Positions 20,399 to 32,576 of a DNA stretch of 64,000 bases are shown in pieces. Below the pieces are notes generated by a model that worked only from the letters and a program-made list of their open reading frames with translations, had not been told where the DNA came from and did not search any database. Positions within the stretch are counted from its first letter, which is position 1. Each line of letters starts with the position of its first letter. A program made the position numbers and the translations under genes. Source of the stretch: Savitreella phatthalungensis (taxonomy: Eukaryota); NCBI GenBank assembly GCA_051599415.1, contig AP039699.1, positions 372,001 through 436,000 on the forward strand. Reading direction: 5' to 3'.

Positions 20399-21757
20399 CT
20401 ATAGCTGAGACTGGTATTGGACGTGATGGTCGTAGTCTGGCCAAACTTCGTGGAGGACCTCGACAAAGTGGCGAACGTAGACAAACTTGACCTCGTCACG
20501 AACATTCTGTGGCAGATCAGCGACAACGTCCTTACGGTTGCGATAGGGCAAAAGAATTGTGCGTATGCCTGCACGGTGAGCTGCAAGAACTTTCTCCTTG
20601 ACGCCGCCAATTGGCAAGACCTGACCACGCAAGGTCATTTCACCAGTCATAGCAATGTGAGGTGGCACGACGCGCTTGCTAAAGAGCGACACCAGCGCAA
20701 GCGTCATTGCGACTCCTGCTGAAGGACCATCCTTCGGAATCGCACCTGCAGGAGCATGGACGTGGATCTGCTTGTCCTTCACAACGTCATCCTCGGGCTT
20801 GCTCGTAAGTCCAAGCCTGAATGCATTTGAGCGCGTCCATGACAAAGCAATGTGAGCGGATTCCTTGATGACATCTCCCAGACGTCCCGTGAGCTGGAGT
20901 CCACCTTTGCCAGGCATTTCGGCAGTCTCGAGGAACAGCAGACCACCGTTGCCCGATCCCATGTATGCCAGTCCGGTGACAAGTCCGGGCTGGACATCCT
21001 TCTCTGCAAGCTCTGAATCGAACTTGGGCACACCGAGGATGCGCTCTAGATCTTCGGGTGTGATTTCCGGATGGTACAGCTCGCCAGAATCCTTACTCTC
21101 TGCGTACTCCACTGCCTTGGCTCGGCAGACTGAACCGATCTCTCGCTCGAGGTTGCGCACGCCGGCCTCGCGTGTGTACTCTGTGGCGATCTTCATGATG
21201 ATTTCCTCTGCAATCTGTGCTTGCTCGGGTGTCAGACCATTGAGCTTTGCCTGCTTCGGGATCAAGTGTCGTTCTGCGATCGACTTCTTCTCGAGGAACG
21301 TGTATCCAGGAAGACTGATGGTCTCCATACGGTCAAGCAAGGGCGCTGGAATAGTCTCCAGCGAGTTTGCTGTTGCGATGAAGAGCACTTTTGACAAGTC
21401 GACTGGTATGTTTACATAGTGATCATTAAAGGCATGATTCTGTTCCGGATCGAGAACTTCGAGCATGGCAGCGGATGGATCCCCGTGGTGGCTGTTTGAG
21501 CTCATCTTGTCAATTTCGTCGAGCAGGATGACCGGGTCGCAACAGCCGACCTTCTTCAAGGCCTGCACGATGAGACCTGGCATGGCGCCGACATAAGTCC
21601 GACGATGACCGCGAATTTCTGCCTCATCTCGGACACCACCGAGTGAGATCCTGTGGAACTTGCGACCTAGAGCTGTGGCAAGGGATTTGGCAATCGAGGT
21701 TTTGCCTGTGCCGGGGGGACCCTGCAAGAGGATGATCGGTGCGCGAATGGCGCTCAT
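20399..21757 (-). CDS. Peroxisomal-type Lon protease, AAA+ and protease domains only
   Basis: [36 protein letters not shown] (catalytic Ser), IGGVKEK; C-terminal SQL (PTS1-like); first ATG at 21757, 9 codons before the Walker A. Confidence 0.88.
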   Translation of the reverse strand: MSAIRAPIILLQGPPGTGKTSIAKSLATALGRKFHRISLGGVRDEAEIRGHRRTYVGAMPGLIVQALKKVGCCDPVILLDEIDKMSSNSHHGDPSAAMLEVLDPEQNHAFNDHYVNIPVDLSKVLFIATANSLETIPAPLLDRMETISLPGYTFLEKKSIAERHLIPKQAKLNGLTPEQAQIAEEIIMKIATEYTREAGVRNLEREIGSVCRAKAVEYAESKDSGELYHPEITPEDLERILGVPKFDSELAEKDVQPGLVTGLAYMGSGNGGLLFLETAEMPGKGGLQLTGRLGDVIKESAHIALSWTRSNAFRLGLTSKPEDDVVKDKQIHVHAPAGAIPKDGPSAGVAMTLALVSLFSKRVVPPHIAMTGEMTLRGQVLPIGGVKEKVLAAHRAGIRTILLPYRNRKDVVADLPQNVRDEVKFVYVRHFVEVLHEVWPDYDHHVQYQSQL

Positions 21758-21949
21758 GAATAGATTTTCGAGATGCGCTAGGAGCTCCAACTAGTAGACA
21801 GATAGGAGATCGTGTGCGCGCGTGCTGATAACTTTGCCTTCTGTCAGAGCTCTTGTGTGTTGTTAGTCACAGACGTGTGAGATGTGCTGACGTCGTCTAT
21901 TGTGAAAGCAGAACGAGTGTGTGATGAGGCTGGACTGCCTGGATTCGTT

Positions 21950-22893
21950 TGAATCCCGGATTAGACACTGTCAGGTGCATGGAATCGCCTGGTTTCTCCA
22001 CAGTTAGTCGATCTTGGCCTGTGGAAATTCAAGATGTGAGGGGATCTGTTCTAGGCGATTCTACAGCCAGCCGGGGGTCCGATTTGATTTAATTGGATGC
22101 ACGAAAAGGGTACATGAAGGGTCTGTAGAATTAGCTAGGTGCGTGATGATCTTATCTCGTTCTTCTACGTTGCTTAATTCACTGCCTTTTTCATCAATTG
22201 ATCTGGACAGTATTTCCGAGGCTGATGCAATATACACGTGATCCGACTGAAGATCTTTGACATCATTCTCCATACACCGGCTTACCCTCGACTTCCAGGC
22301 GCCTCGATGGAGTTGTAGGAATGTATAGTCGCCTGGACTCGCTTAGATCCTACAGTGTGGCTCGGCGAGCTGTCGGGTCGATTGGACATTTCCCGTGTTT
22401 GGAAGTGTTGTTTTGCGTCACGCCAGGGCTGACTTTCAAGATGTCCAGGTGCAGGTATAGAATTTGCATCGGCCGGCATGTCACACGTTCGTACAGATCA
22501 AGCTTGGCATCTGGTTTCTAGAGAACTGCGCAGTTGGGACTATTTGCTAAGGGCTGCATGCTGTGCGTGGATCGCTTGGGGGCTTTCCTGCCATGATTTT
22601 CAATTGTGCATCTGTGTCTGTGTAAAATGTGCGGTGAGCTGGTGAATCGAAATACTTCTGAGATATCTCCTGCGGAGCCCCACTCTTCATAAGCTGTGAC
22701 TGGAGCAGGCGGAGGAGCAGCAGCTCTCTTCGTACACTTCAAATGCCGTCACAGATCGAGCTATCGATAGAATGTGTAAGATTTCAACAGTTGAATGACT
22801 TGTAACAGCACGCCCACGAATACAATTCAGATTTCCCCTATTGCCTCGAGAGCCATTGCGAAAACCAGCCAAAGTGCCTTTGCAGCGGCTCAA
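21950..22893 (-). pseudogene. Possible decayed HNH-nuclease-like gene
   Basis: Broken frames give FRNG...RAVTSHSTVEILHILS, AGDISEVFRFTSSPHIL and ID*LWRNQAI, loosely resembling fungal HNH_2 proteins; weak. Confidence 0.25.
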
Positions 22894-23476
22894 AAACTAT
22901 ATCCATGGAACACCATTATATAGAAAAATGTAGAGTCGATCTAAAGGAGAGCGCTCCGATGTTGAACCAAGATCCTCCGAGCTAAGCGCTTTGACCACAA
23001 TAGAACAGCAATAGCTTGGCACTCGGAAATTGCAGTGACAGTGGCCACCAATCGATGATCAATCCAAAATCTGCATCATCTGATCCATGGCAGTGTACTC
23101 CCTCCAGAAATATATCTTCACAGGCTGTACATAGGCACACCACATGAAAGCATTGCATGATGCACACGTACGTACATGCTGTACCTACGTACGTGGATAC
23201 CTGGATTACTGGATCTACTTGAACAGAAGTGTACATTGATTCATACATTGTTACATTGATACATTGATATTACGAGTGTCATCAAGCCACACTGTGTACT
23301 GCAGCCTCGCCGTACCACCACACGATCGACCAGAATCTTGAATAGGGTCAATGTTGTCCGCAATCGCTCGTCCACGCTAGCACGCAAGCACACCCACGTT
23401 GAACTACCACAATACCGGAGGGATCCGCCGTCAGAAGACCACTCTCGGGGTTGAAATATCTTGAATTCCGGTCGAT

Positions 23477-23590
23477 CACACACGCACGCACACACGCACA
23501 CACGCACGCACACACGCACACACGCACGCACACACGCACACACGCACGCACACACGCACACACGCACGCAGACACGCACACACGCACGCA
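23477..23590 (+). repeat. Compound (CA)/(CACG) microsatellite
   Basis: ~114 bp of near-continuous alternating pyrimidine-purine CACACGCACGCA... Confidence 0.97.
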
Positions 23591-23606
23591 GAAAGATCAA
23601 CACGTG

Positions 23607-24260
23607 ATGTCTCTTGGAGGTTCGTTCTGGCTTGTACCGGACTTGACAAGTCCAGCAGCTGCACAGCTCCAGCGATGTCTCGAAGAATTGGGGAACGACA
23701 AAACGTGGGGCGAAGACGTCAGCGATCCGTTCAGCTGCCATGCTACAATCACGTCCAGCATCTCTGCAAAATGGCTGACGGAGCACACCCACGAGAATAC
23801 GGCAGCTGCCGGTGCAGTCTCCATCTCCTCTGCACTTGGTCTCGCCCAGCCGAAAATCCTTATTAAAGAAATCGTCATCGACAATCTCTTCTTCAAACGC
23901 ATCTATCTGCGTCTGGAACGTACAGAGTCCCTTTTGGCATTGACACGAGCATTCCGGCAGGCTTTTGTGGACGAACATCCCTCAGAAACGGAGAATTTCC
24001 TGAACAACTTTGACCCACACATTTCTTTGGCTTACGCAAAATCATTTGATCACGCTCGAGAGAAGGAGCTCCGGGCTAGGGTGGAATCGCTCCTGGCAGG
24101 TGTCCTCCACAGCGACCTGAGCAGTGTCATGACCCATGTCAAGCTCATGGACTGTCGCTCACCCCCAGGAAAAGAGCATGAAGTCGATACCGCCAAGAAC
24201 TGGCGTCCCGCAGAGAGTCTCCAATGGGTTAGACAACTCAAGCGACGCCAGTCACGTTAG
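23607..24260 (+). CDS. 2H-family 2',3'-cyclic nucleotide phosphodiesterase (Cpd1-like)
   Basis: SFWLVP at N-terminus; two HxT/S motifs FSCHATI and FDPHISLAY; ATG at 23607. Confidence 0.85.
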   Translation: MSLGGSFWLVPDLTSPAAAQLQRCLEELGNDKTWGEDVSDPFSCHATITSSISAKWLTEHTHENTAAAGAVSISSALGLAQPKILIKEIVIDNLFFKRIYLRLERTESLLALTRAFRQAFVDEHPSETENFLNNFDPHISLAYAKSFDHAREKELRARVESLLAGVLHSDLSSVMTHVKLMDCRSPPGKEHEVDTAKNWRPAESLQWVRQLKRRQSR

Positions 24261-24653
24261 GCATTGCGCTAAGCCATCTCTCCTTGGAGTCTCACGAGAG
24301 CTTACAATGTCCCTCTTGAAGACATGATGACTTCGAGCGGACGAGTGCCTGATTGCATCGTCTCCACTTGTCCATAGCTATTGCATCGCTCGTCACTTTT
24401 CCACAAATATATCTGACTGTCAATGACGCACCAGAGTTCTAGCACATTTTCATGACATCTCTACGTACGTGCATCGAGTCGTGCAGGAAACTTTTTCTTT
24501 TTTATGACGACGAAGTTTTTGCCGGTACATCTACTGCTGTCATTGTCACTCAAGATTAGATGCACGAGCTGCAAAAAGTTAGACTCACAGGCAATCCGTA
24601 AGTCAAAGAGAACGTCTCCCCGACACACGACCAGGCTTCGGAACCACTAGACA

Positions 24654-26378
24654 ATGTCCGACGAGCTCGCCAACAAGATGGACAACGTCCAGCTGGAGTA
24701 AGCAGTGCCTACCGCATTCAGACGATCACGACTAACCATGTTCAGCGCTGACGGCAATCCATTGAGCAAGTCGGCTCTGAAGAAGTTGGAAAAGGAGCGA
24801 GCAAAGGCGGCGAAGGCTGCAGAGGTGGCAGCTCGATTGGCTGCTGAGAAAGCAGCTCGTGAGCAGGCTGCGAGCGTCGACTTCAGCAAGGACTCCTACG
24901 GCGACCTGCCCCTCAACAGGTCGACCGCTCGGGAAGGACCACAGTACACGCCGCTCGATGAGATCTCTGCCGCCCATGACGGCGAGACGGTGACCGTGCG
25001 GGCACGCGTTCACAACTCTCGGGCTTCAGGCGCCAAGATGTGCTTCCTCGTGCTGCGCGGAGGAATCGACACGATCCAGGCGCTCGCGGTCGCCAACAAG
25101 ACTTCCGTGTCGCCGCAGATGGTCAAGTGGGTCCAGGGCTTGAACATCGAGAGCATCGTGGTCGTCGAGGGTGTTGTGAAGAAGACACCTGAGCCGGTAT
25201 ACTCGTGCAGTGTGCAGGATGCCGAGTTGCATGTCACGAAGATTCACGTCGAGTCGTCCGCGCCTACGCGGTGCGCATTCGGCGTCGACGACGCTTCACG
25301 GAGCGAGCAGGAGATCACAGCCTCAGAGGAGGCCGCAGGAGAGGGCGAAGCCAAGTTTATTCGCGTACAGCTCGACACGCGGCTCAACAATCGCGTTCTC
25401 GACCTCCGAACACCCACAAACCACGCCATCTTTGCAATCTCCTCCGGCGTCCGCCAGCTCTTCCGTGAGTTCCTCTACTCTGAGAAATTCATGGAGATTT
25501 CTACCCCGAAGTTGATCGGGTCCGCTTCCGAAGGAGGTGCAAACTTCTTCAAGATGCCGTACTTTGGCAAAGAGGCCTTCCTTGCACAATCACCACAGCT
25601 CTACAAGCAGATGCTCGTCTCTGCCGACTTCCCAAGAGTCTTCGAGGTCGGACCTGTCTTCCGCGCTGAAAACTCATTCACTCATCGCCACATGACCGAA
25701 TTCACTGGACTCGATCTCGAAATGGCATTCAATCACCACTACCACGAGGTGCTCGAGCTGATCGAGCGCCTGTTCCTATTCATCCTCAGGGGTCTCCAAT
25801 CGCGCTTCAAGCGGGAGGTCGATATTGTGAAAAAACAGTTCCCAGTGCCTGATTTTGTGCTGCCCCGGGAAGGTGAAGCAGTGCCGCGAATCACGTTCAA
25901 AGAGGCCGTGGACCTGCTGGTCGCTCACGGGATTAGGGAATCGTCAAAGACGATGTACGACGACGACATGGGAACTGAGGAAGAGCGGAAGCTGGGCCCG
26001 ATCATGAGGGAAAAGTACGGTAGTGACTTTTACGTGATCGACAAATTCCCAGCATCCGTCCGGCCGTTCTACACCATGACAGACGCAGACAATCCGCAGT
26101 GGGCAAACGCATACGACTTCTTCTTACGTGGTGAGGAGGTCTTGTCTGGCGGTCAGCGAATTCACGATCCGAAGGTGCTCGAGGAAAGGATGAGGTCTTT
26201 GGGTGTCGATCCGGCAGGCAATGGGTTCGAGAGTTACATCGACGCTTTCAGGATTGGCTGTCCCCCGCACGCAGGAGGAGGCATTGGTCTCGAGAGAGTC
26301 GTCTTCCTCTTCCTCGACCTCGGTAATATTCGTAGAGCGTCACTCTTCCCTCGTGACCCAAAGCGCATCACCCCATAG
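24654..26378 (+). CDS. DPS1: Cytosolic aspartyl-tRNA synthetase
   Basis: Exons 24654-24697 and 24746-26378; intron [61 protein letters not shown]. Confidence 0.96.
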
Positions 26379-26512
26379 ACATATTCAATCTGCATACTTT
26401 TTCAACAGGTTGAAGCCATCGCCACAACGATCAAGGATACTCCGCAAGACTTCACGATACAGTCACCATCCCATGCATTTCATTCAGCTTGCTAGCGGCA
26501 ATCAATACTAAC

Positions 26513-28726
26513 TCAAACCCATCGCGTCAAGATGGTGTCAAGCTCCGCCGCCATGGCATCGTGTTGCTCTGCCTGTGCTCGAAGTTCCGCAGCATGGCGG
26601 ACGAATTCAGCTCGCTGCTCACGAAGCCTTTTGATGGCGTCGGCAGCGTTGGTATCTGGCGCTTTTGAAGAAGCCAGGTCTAGACCAGGCAGAAGTTTCT
26701 TGAGCTTGTCAAGGACGTTTGCAGCCTGATTGGCGGCAGCGATCGTTTTCTGAGCCGCAGCAACATCTTCCTCATCGACGCCTGCTCGAGCGGCCGCGTC
26801 GGCTGCATCCGTCGGCGTGTTAAGGATATTGACGCCCGCAACGCCAGGATGGTAAGGCTGTTTGTGAACGACGCCGTGCCGCGGCGTGTTGTCACGTGAC
26901 GAAGTATACTGGAGTGGATCGATGGCCAGCTTGTGACCAGAACCGTTGATCGCAGCTGTCGCTGGCGGCGAGACAGACTTGCTGTAGACTGGCAGTCTCG
27001 ATCGAGCAGTGTCTCCAGTCTCTGCAGGTGGTGCGCTCGAGCTTGGTTCGGGTACATCAAGTTGGGATGCCCCGCGCTTTCGAAGCGGGACTGATTGCCC
27101 GTGCATGAAGTCCGGAATCGGAGCAAGACGCATGCCATCGTCTGTACCTCTTGCGGCCAGGGGACCATTTGACGATGCAGAGGCGGGTGGGGAATTTGCA
27201 CGGTGCCACGAAGGCAGGGGTGTCATGCGTTGGCTACTATCGCTCGGCGGTGACGTTGGACGCTGCCGATTGATTGGAGGCAGTGAAACCTTTCGTCTCT
27301 TCTCATCATGCATGGCAGAGTCAGATGTGTACCCAGTCTCCCGGACGACTGACGTCCGCGAGTGTGAGGCACCGGCGGCCACATCAGACAGCATGCTCAG
27401 GTACTGGCCGCCTGGGGTTGGCTGCGACGCCGGCGATGGGATTTGCGAGCCAGAGGCTGGACGATGCGGCGAGGATGAGGCGACAAGCGCCTCATTGTAG
27501 CTCAGCTGCATTGCGGGATGAGCCATGTGTGACGGATAGCCAGACTGTGATAGCTGAGACGGATGGTGTGGCGGCGGTGGGTGGGAATGATGGTGATGAT
27601 GATGTTGATGAGGATGATGCTGATGCGGCGGTGGCGGATGATGCGGGTGCGAGAGGGGCTGTGGGTATTGCATCGGCGCAAGCTGTCCGCGCATCCATGG
27701 CTCCTGCTGATGGGCATAGGAAGGACCAGGACCGGGCGGCACGATACGCTTCCTTCTCTTGATGACAGATTTGCGCATCGTGATAGGTCTATGCACACCA
27801 TGTAGCTTGTGATAGAGTCCACATGCATTGCAGATCGTGTAGCCATTTTCGTCTCTCCGCCATAGTGGTGTTGTCGTGGTACCACAATTTTGGCATGTCG
27901 GCGTCGACGCGGAATCCTCTTTATCGCTTACGGAGCCTTCGTTCTCTTTGTTCAGCGAATCCACTCCGTTCGTGAGACTTTTCACGTCGCTGGCCGACAA
28001 GTCCTGTTCTGAGGACATATACTCAAGGGTTCTGGTCTGGCCAGCAGTACCGGCGGGAATGCCGGCTTTGGGGCCTATAGGCTTTCCATCCCGACCATAT
28101 TCAATCTCTTGCCCAGCCTTCCCGTTGCTCAATTTGTTGTTTGGGTTTTGCTGCTGCTGCTGTTGCTGCTGCTGCTTGAGCAATCGGTTGTTGAGAGTTG
28201 GACAGCCGGCACAGGTAGCGTGCCCACCGGTTCCGTCGCACGTGCCGTCACCCGGACAAGTTCCACCGGTCGTCGCTGCCGCTTGATCTGTGATGCCCGT
28301 TGATGGTTGCTGCGAAGATAAAGCGGTCGACACTGGAGCTGATGTTGGCTCTTGATTTGGATTGTCTTCAGAGGAGATGCCACCGCCGACTCCCGACATC
28401 GCCGCCGGATTCTTTCGCGTGACCGGTCTTGTAGTGTTGCGTAGCTTTTGATACAGGCCACAGGCGTTGCAGATGCTACGCCCGTCAGGCGCTCTCCGCC
28501 ACAGTGGTGTGGTTGTCGTCCCGCAATTTGCGCAGACGGTACCTGTAGGTGCGCGAGACTGTGTATTTGCCGTGTCAGCTGCTATCGATGCTGACGAAGA
28601 TTGCTGTCTGAGTAGCGTTGATGACGAAGTTGGAGAGTGCTGCGACTGTCCTTGCGCATACGAATTTGATTTGATTTCTCCCGCTGCAGCAGCAGGGCTT
28701 GCGGATGTCATGGTCTCAATGGACAT
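26513..28726 (-). CDS. sreA: Iron-responsive GATA repressor SreA/Fep1/Urbs1-like
   Basis: Two GATA fingers ([42 protein letters not shown]) separated by Cys-rich [21 protein letters not shown]-terminal coiled coil. Confidence 0.92.
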   Translation of the reverse strand: MSIETMTSASPAAAAGEIKSNSYAQGQSQHSPTSSSTLLRQQSSSASIAADTANTQSRAPTGTVCANCGTTTTPLWRRAPDGRSICNACGLYQKLRNTTRPVTRKNPAAMSGVGGGISSEDNPNQEPTSAPVSTALSSQQPSTGITDQAAATTGGTCPGDGTCDGTGGHATCAGCPTLNNRLLKQQQQQQQQQNPNNKLSNGKAGQEIEYGRDGKPIGPKAGIPAGTAGQTRTLEYMSSEQDLSASDVKSLTNGVDSLNKENEGSVSDKEDSASTPTCQNCGTTTTPLWRRDENGYTICNACGLYHKLHGVHRPITMRKSVIKRRKRIVPPGPGPSYAHQQEPWMRGQLAPMQYPQPLSHPHHPPPPHQHHPHQHHHHHHSHPPPPHHPSQLSQSGYPSHMAHPAMQLSYNEALVASSSPHRPASGSQIPSPASQPTPGGQYLSMLSDVAAGASHSRTSVVRETGYTSDSAMHDEKRRKVSLPPINRQRPTSPPSDSSQRMTPLPSWHRANSPPASASSNGPLAARGTDDGMRLAPIPDFMHGQSVPLRKRGASQLDVPEPSSSAPPAETGDTARSRLPVYSKSVSPPATAAINGSGHKLAIDPLQYTSSRDNTPRHGVVHKQPYHPGVAGVNILNTPTDAADAAARAGVDEEDVAAAQKTIAAANQAANVLDKLKKLLPGLDLASSKAPDTNAADAIKRLREQRAEFVRHAAELRAQAEQHDAMAAELDTILTRWV

Positions 28727-30825
28727 CTGGTCAATCGATGAGGAGAGGAGGCAGCTAGTGAGGCGGTCTGCGAGAGGTTGTCTAACTGAGGATGTTCACC
28801 TGGAGACCGACCTTGTCTGTGTGAAGCGTAGAGTAGTCGAAGAGCGCTTTTGGCGGATCTTTTGAGGTCTGACTCTGGTCGCGTGTTGCGTGACGGAAGG
28901 AATCAGCCTGAATGAGATCTCCGATCAGAGTCTCAGGTAGATAATCGATGTGTAATGTCAGAGGATTGGGACTTTTTGATCGTGCTGCCTGCGCGCGTGA
29001 CCTAGAGTAGAAGAGAAGAGGAAAAGGAGTATGTGTCTGGTCTGGCGAAGGTACAGTTGGCCGCAGACAATGAAGAGTGTGCGTTCGAATTAAATGAGGA
29101 ACTCAATAAGCGTGTTGATTGTGTATCAACGAGGCGTGACCACGAAACCAAACGATGACAACCCTGCTCGTTGCTGAAATAGGACTGCTCCTTGTGTGCT
29201 AAGACGATGTGTATAGGCTTGTACGCGTCTCCTTCGTGCCTTCGTGGGTTGCTGAGGTACAGCGTTACTTTTGACGTATTGCTCGGATCTGCCGAGATCG
29301 AAAGTGACAGGTACGAATTCAAGTGTGGAGATGGATTTTGGTTCACAGATAAGTGGTTTGTAGATAAATTGAATAGGTCTCCCTCGGCGAGAACGGGACC
29401 TCAAGTGACACAATGCCTCGGCGTCTTTGTCGTCCTGACGATTCACTGTGGGTAAAGCGATGAAAGGAGGGATGGGTATGGGTAGACGTTGCTGATGATG
29501 GAAGTGGATCAGCTGTGGAGGTGGAGATAACTTTTGACTTACACGTATGTACGTGCTCAGTAGGTATGTAATTTACATACGTACGCTCGCTCGCTCGCTC
29601 GCACGCACCCACGCCCATTCGATCTTCTTGGCCTTTAGAGGTCTACGATTACTTCTTCAGAGCTCAAAGGCTTTTTATTAGCTCGGGTTATCAGAGAAAT
29701 CGAGATCTCAATCTGAAGGAGGATAGATCATTCACACAAAGATTTATCTTGATTAGAATGATGAGGACCAAATCACTTGGGAGTTTCTGTTTGCTCGATC
29801 AAGCTAGAGAAGGTGACAAAAGGTGACAGCATCATATCTCCTTCTCAGCCATCCACACACCTGCACAGATATCGGTTAGTTTTTCTCCTGATCTCTCATC
29901 GATTGGAGATGGAAGAAATTCTAATCTATACCTGTGCCAGATACTTGATCCATATTCACCTGGCAAGGTTTTATCAAATCATCTCCCGTCTCCCACTCTG
30001 TCAAAGATCACCCAATAGACGGCTGAATGTAGACTCAGTCAAACGACCATTTCTGCAGAGTCTATTCAGAGCAGGTGAAACATGGAATTTGTAGATTAGA
30101 TGATGATTAGATTGTGAGAATATCTTTAATCAGTAACTCAGTCTGACAGCGCTCTGATTTTTGGGAATTTCGTCCTAGGATCTATTCGAATCCCAATTCG
30201 TGCGAATAAATGGTATACTGCTCAGTCGAGAATACAATTCTTCTTTACTCTTTGTTAGACATGCTTTTGATGAGCCCAGGGTACAGGAAAACCCCGATAG
30301 ATCCACGTGGAACGATCCCACCGATTAGAGGGCAGTCATGAGTATATACGCATATTCCCATGTGGCGATGTAGCGGATGAAAGAGCATTGTAGATGAAAG
30401 CGTTTCAGGTTTTGAATGGGAGACACACCTTCGATATAGCCTATGCTAAAGATAGAGTGATATCATGCATCAAGCAGATGAGACTTCTAATTAGACTTGA
30501 TATAGCGAATACCCGGCGTGTTTCACATTGATCTTGCTGGGTTTTGCAAGCAGAACAGAATCTCCTCACAAGGGCGAGCCAATCCGTACCCAAAGAAGTT
30601 TCGAGGGCCGCTGAGGAAGGTCTTGGACAGCAACAGCAGCAACAACAGCAGCAACAATGCCGCTGACGCATAATTTCCGAAGTCCAACTCTGAATTGGCA
30701 AGCTTCTTGTTACTATCACATCGCTGTATCATGGCAACCAGCAATCACTTTTCTTTATAGGTCTAGAGCTACAGCTGCAGCTACAGCTTGTTAGAGACGA
30801 GACCAGATGCGCATCTGAATCAGGT

Positions 30826-32001
30826 TTATCCCTTCTTGCCGCACTTCCAGTATGCAAGGTCACCATCGTTCATGACGTACTCCTTGCCCTGAGATCGTTG
30901 CTTGCCAGCTGCCTTGGCTGCCAGTTCTGAACCGTGTTCCTTCAGGTCGGCGAACGGTGTGATCTCACCGAGGATAAATGTCTTCTCAAAGTCGGTGTGA
31001 ATGACACCGGCTGCCTGTGGAGCTTTTGTGCCCTTGCGAATCGTCCATGCACGAACTTCGTCAGGACCCGCAGTGAAATAGTGGACGAGGTTCAGGGCGT
31101 GGTAGCCGGAGATGATGATCTTGGGCAGCATTGACCTTGTACCCAGCTTCTTGCATTCCTCCTCAACAGCCTGTTCCCCGTCCAAGGTTGTAAGACGCTC
31201 TTCGAAGCACACAGACAGCGGGATGATCAGGTCGCCCGTCGCGTGCTCGTCGACCCAGCTCTTGATCTTTGGCAAGTGCTTGTTCTTCTGGCGGAGATAG
31301 TCCTTCTCAGACAGATTGACGAGGTAGATCACAGGCTTGGCCGTTAGCAACTGCATGGTGTTGATTGTCTCGACCTCCTTCGGGTTCCAGTTGCCCTTAC
31401 GCACAACCCGGCCATTCTTGAGACCTTCCAAGACCTTTTCCGTCGTCGCAAGCTCCTCCTCTTTCTTCTTCCTCTCCAGACCGGTGGATCCACGGACGAG
31501 TTTCTTCACTCCCTCAATGTACTTCTCCACCCACTCCATATCCTTGAGCATCAGCTCATCCTGGATGATCTGCAAGTCGCGAACAGGATCCACATCTCCC
31601 TCAACGTGGATGATCTCTGCATCGTCGAAGCATCGAACGACCTGGTAGATGGCATCAACCGCTCGAATGTGTGACAAGAAAGCGTTTCCCAATCCTGCGC
31701 CTGTGGACGCACCCTTTGTAAGACCTGCAATGTCGAAAATGGTCAGATTAGCAGGTACTTTGCTCTTTGGCTTGTACTGCTCGCACAGCCAGTCGAATCG
31801 GTCGTCCGGTACAATGCACTTGGCCTCCTCTGGATCGATTGTGGCGTAGGGAAAGTTTGCCGGGTTGCCCAAGCCGGACTTCGTGATGGCCTGGAAGAAG
31901 GTGGACTTGCCGACGTTGGCGAGACCGACGATACCAGTTTTCAAGTTGTTGCCAGGCTTGCCCAGCAGCAAAGGAGGTTGGTCGCTCTTCTTTGGCGGCA
32001 T
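30826..32001 (-). CDS. OLA1: Obg-like ATPase Ola1/YchF
   Basis: MPPKK start at 32001; GIVGLANVGKST, NFPYATIDP, DIAGL..GAS.GAGLGNAFL, TGS domain APQAAGVIHTDF. Confidence 0.96.
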   Translation of the reverse strand: MPPKKSDQPPLLLGKPGNNLKTGIVGLANVGKSTFFQAITKSGLGNPANFPYATIDPEEAKCIVPDDRFDWLCEQYKPKSKVPANLTIFDIAGLTKGASTGAGLGNAFLSHIRAVDAIYQVVRCFDDAEIIHVEGDVDPVRDLQIIQDELMLKDMEWVEKYIEGVKKLVRGSTGLERKKKEEELATTEKVLEGLKNGRVVRKGNWNPKEVETINTMQLLTAKPVIYLVNLSEKDYLRQKNKHLPKIKSWVDEHATGDLIIPLSVCFEERLTTLDGEQAVEEECKKLGTRSMLPKIIISGYHALNLVHYFTAGPDEVRAWTIRKGTKAPQAAGVIHTDFEKTFILGEITPFADLKEHGSELAAKAAGKQRSQGKEYVMNDGDLAYWKCGKKG

Positions 32002-32576
32002 CGCAGACTTTTTCTTGGCTAGAAGGAAAGCTGTGCTGGTGTACGCTCTACTGTTGACAGAGAGTCTGAAAGATGCGGCTACACGACCGAGGATTGGCTT
32101 CGTCAACGTCGCCGTCGTGTTTGATCTTGTGAAGAAGCAGGAAGTCTCGCGACTGTCTTCTGACCAACTGTACTCTTTTTTTCCTGAACCTTTGATTTCT
32201 GCATACCTGCACACTGCATTGAAGTCAATTTATTGTCCTGGTCGCGAGCTCACACAGTTCAGCTTCTGCAAGTTGCTCTTCAGGTCTTTTCATCAAAACC
32301 CCGTGCACGTACAATTGAATGGGTTCACGTCAATTCAACGCTCCATGAATCTGACTCTTGTGGTTGTAGGTCGATGCAGGAGGAAACGCCACGAAGTAGC
32401 ATTCCTACATGCACAGGATTACCCGGTCACGGCGCGTAGCACTTAGTCACTGACTCACTCACACGACAAGTGGCAGGCAAAGAAGTATGTTGCATCTTCC
32501 TTGAGCATACATCTTGAGAGTTATTTGGTAGAAGGATGAGGTCACGATTCGAAGGAGGTTCATCAGATAGATCTAC

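Noticed and set aside
23241..23978. ORFs with THARTH / CVRACV repeats
   Set aside because: Translations of the CA/CACG microsatellite; the real CDS starts at ATG 23607
30441..30744. CAG/CAA tract as a small polyQ gene
   Set aside because: Plus-strand frame is interrupted by TGA; no convincing start or splice structure
28727..30800. HapX/CCAAT or GATA autoregulatory sites upstream of sreA
   Set aside because: The CCAAT boxes checked lack the CSAAT-N12-RWT second half, and GAT/ATC richness is shared by other intergenic regions here
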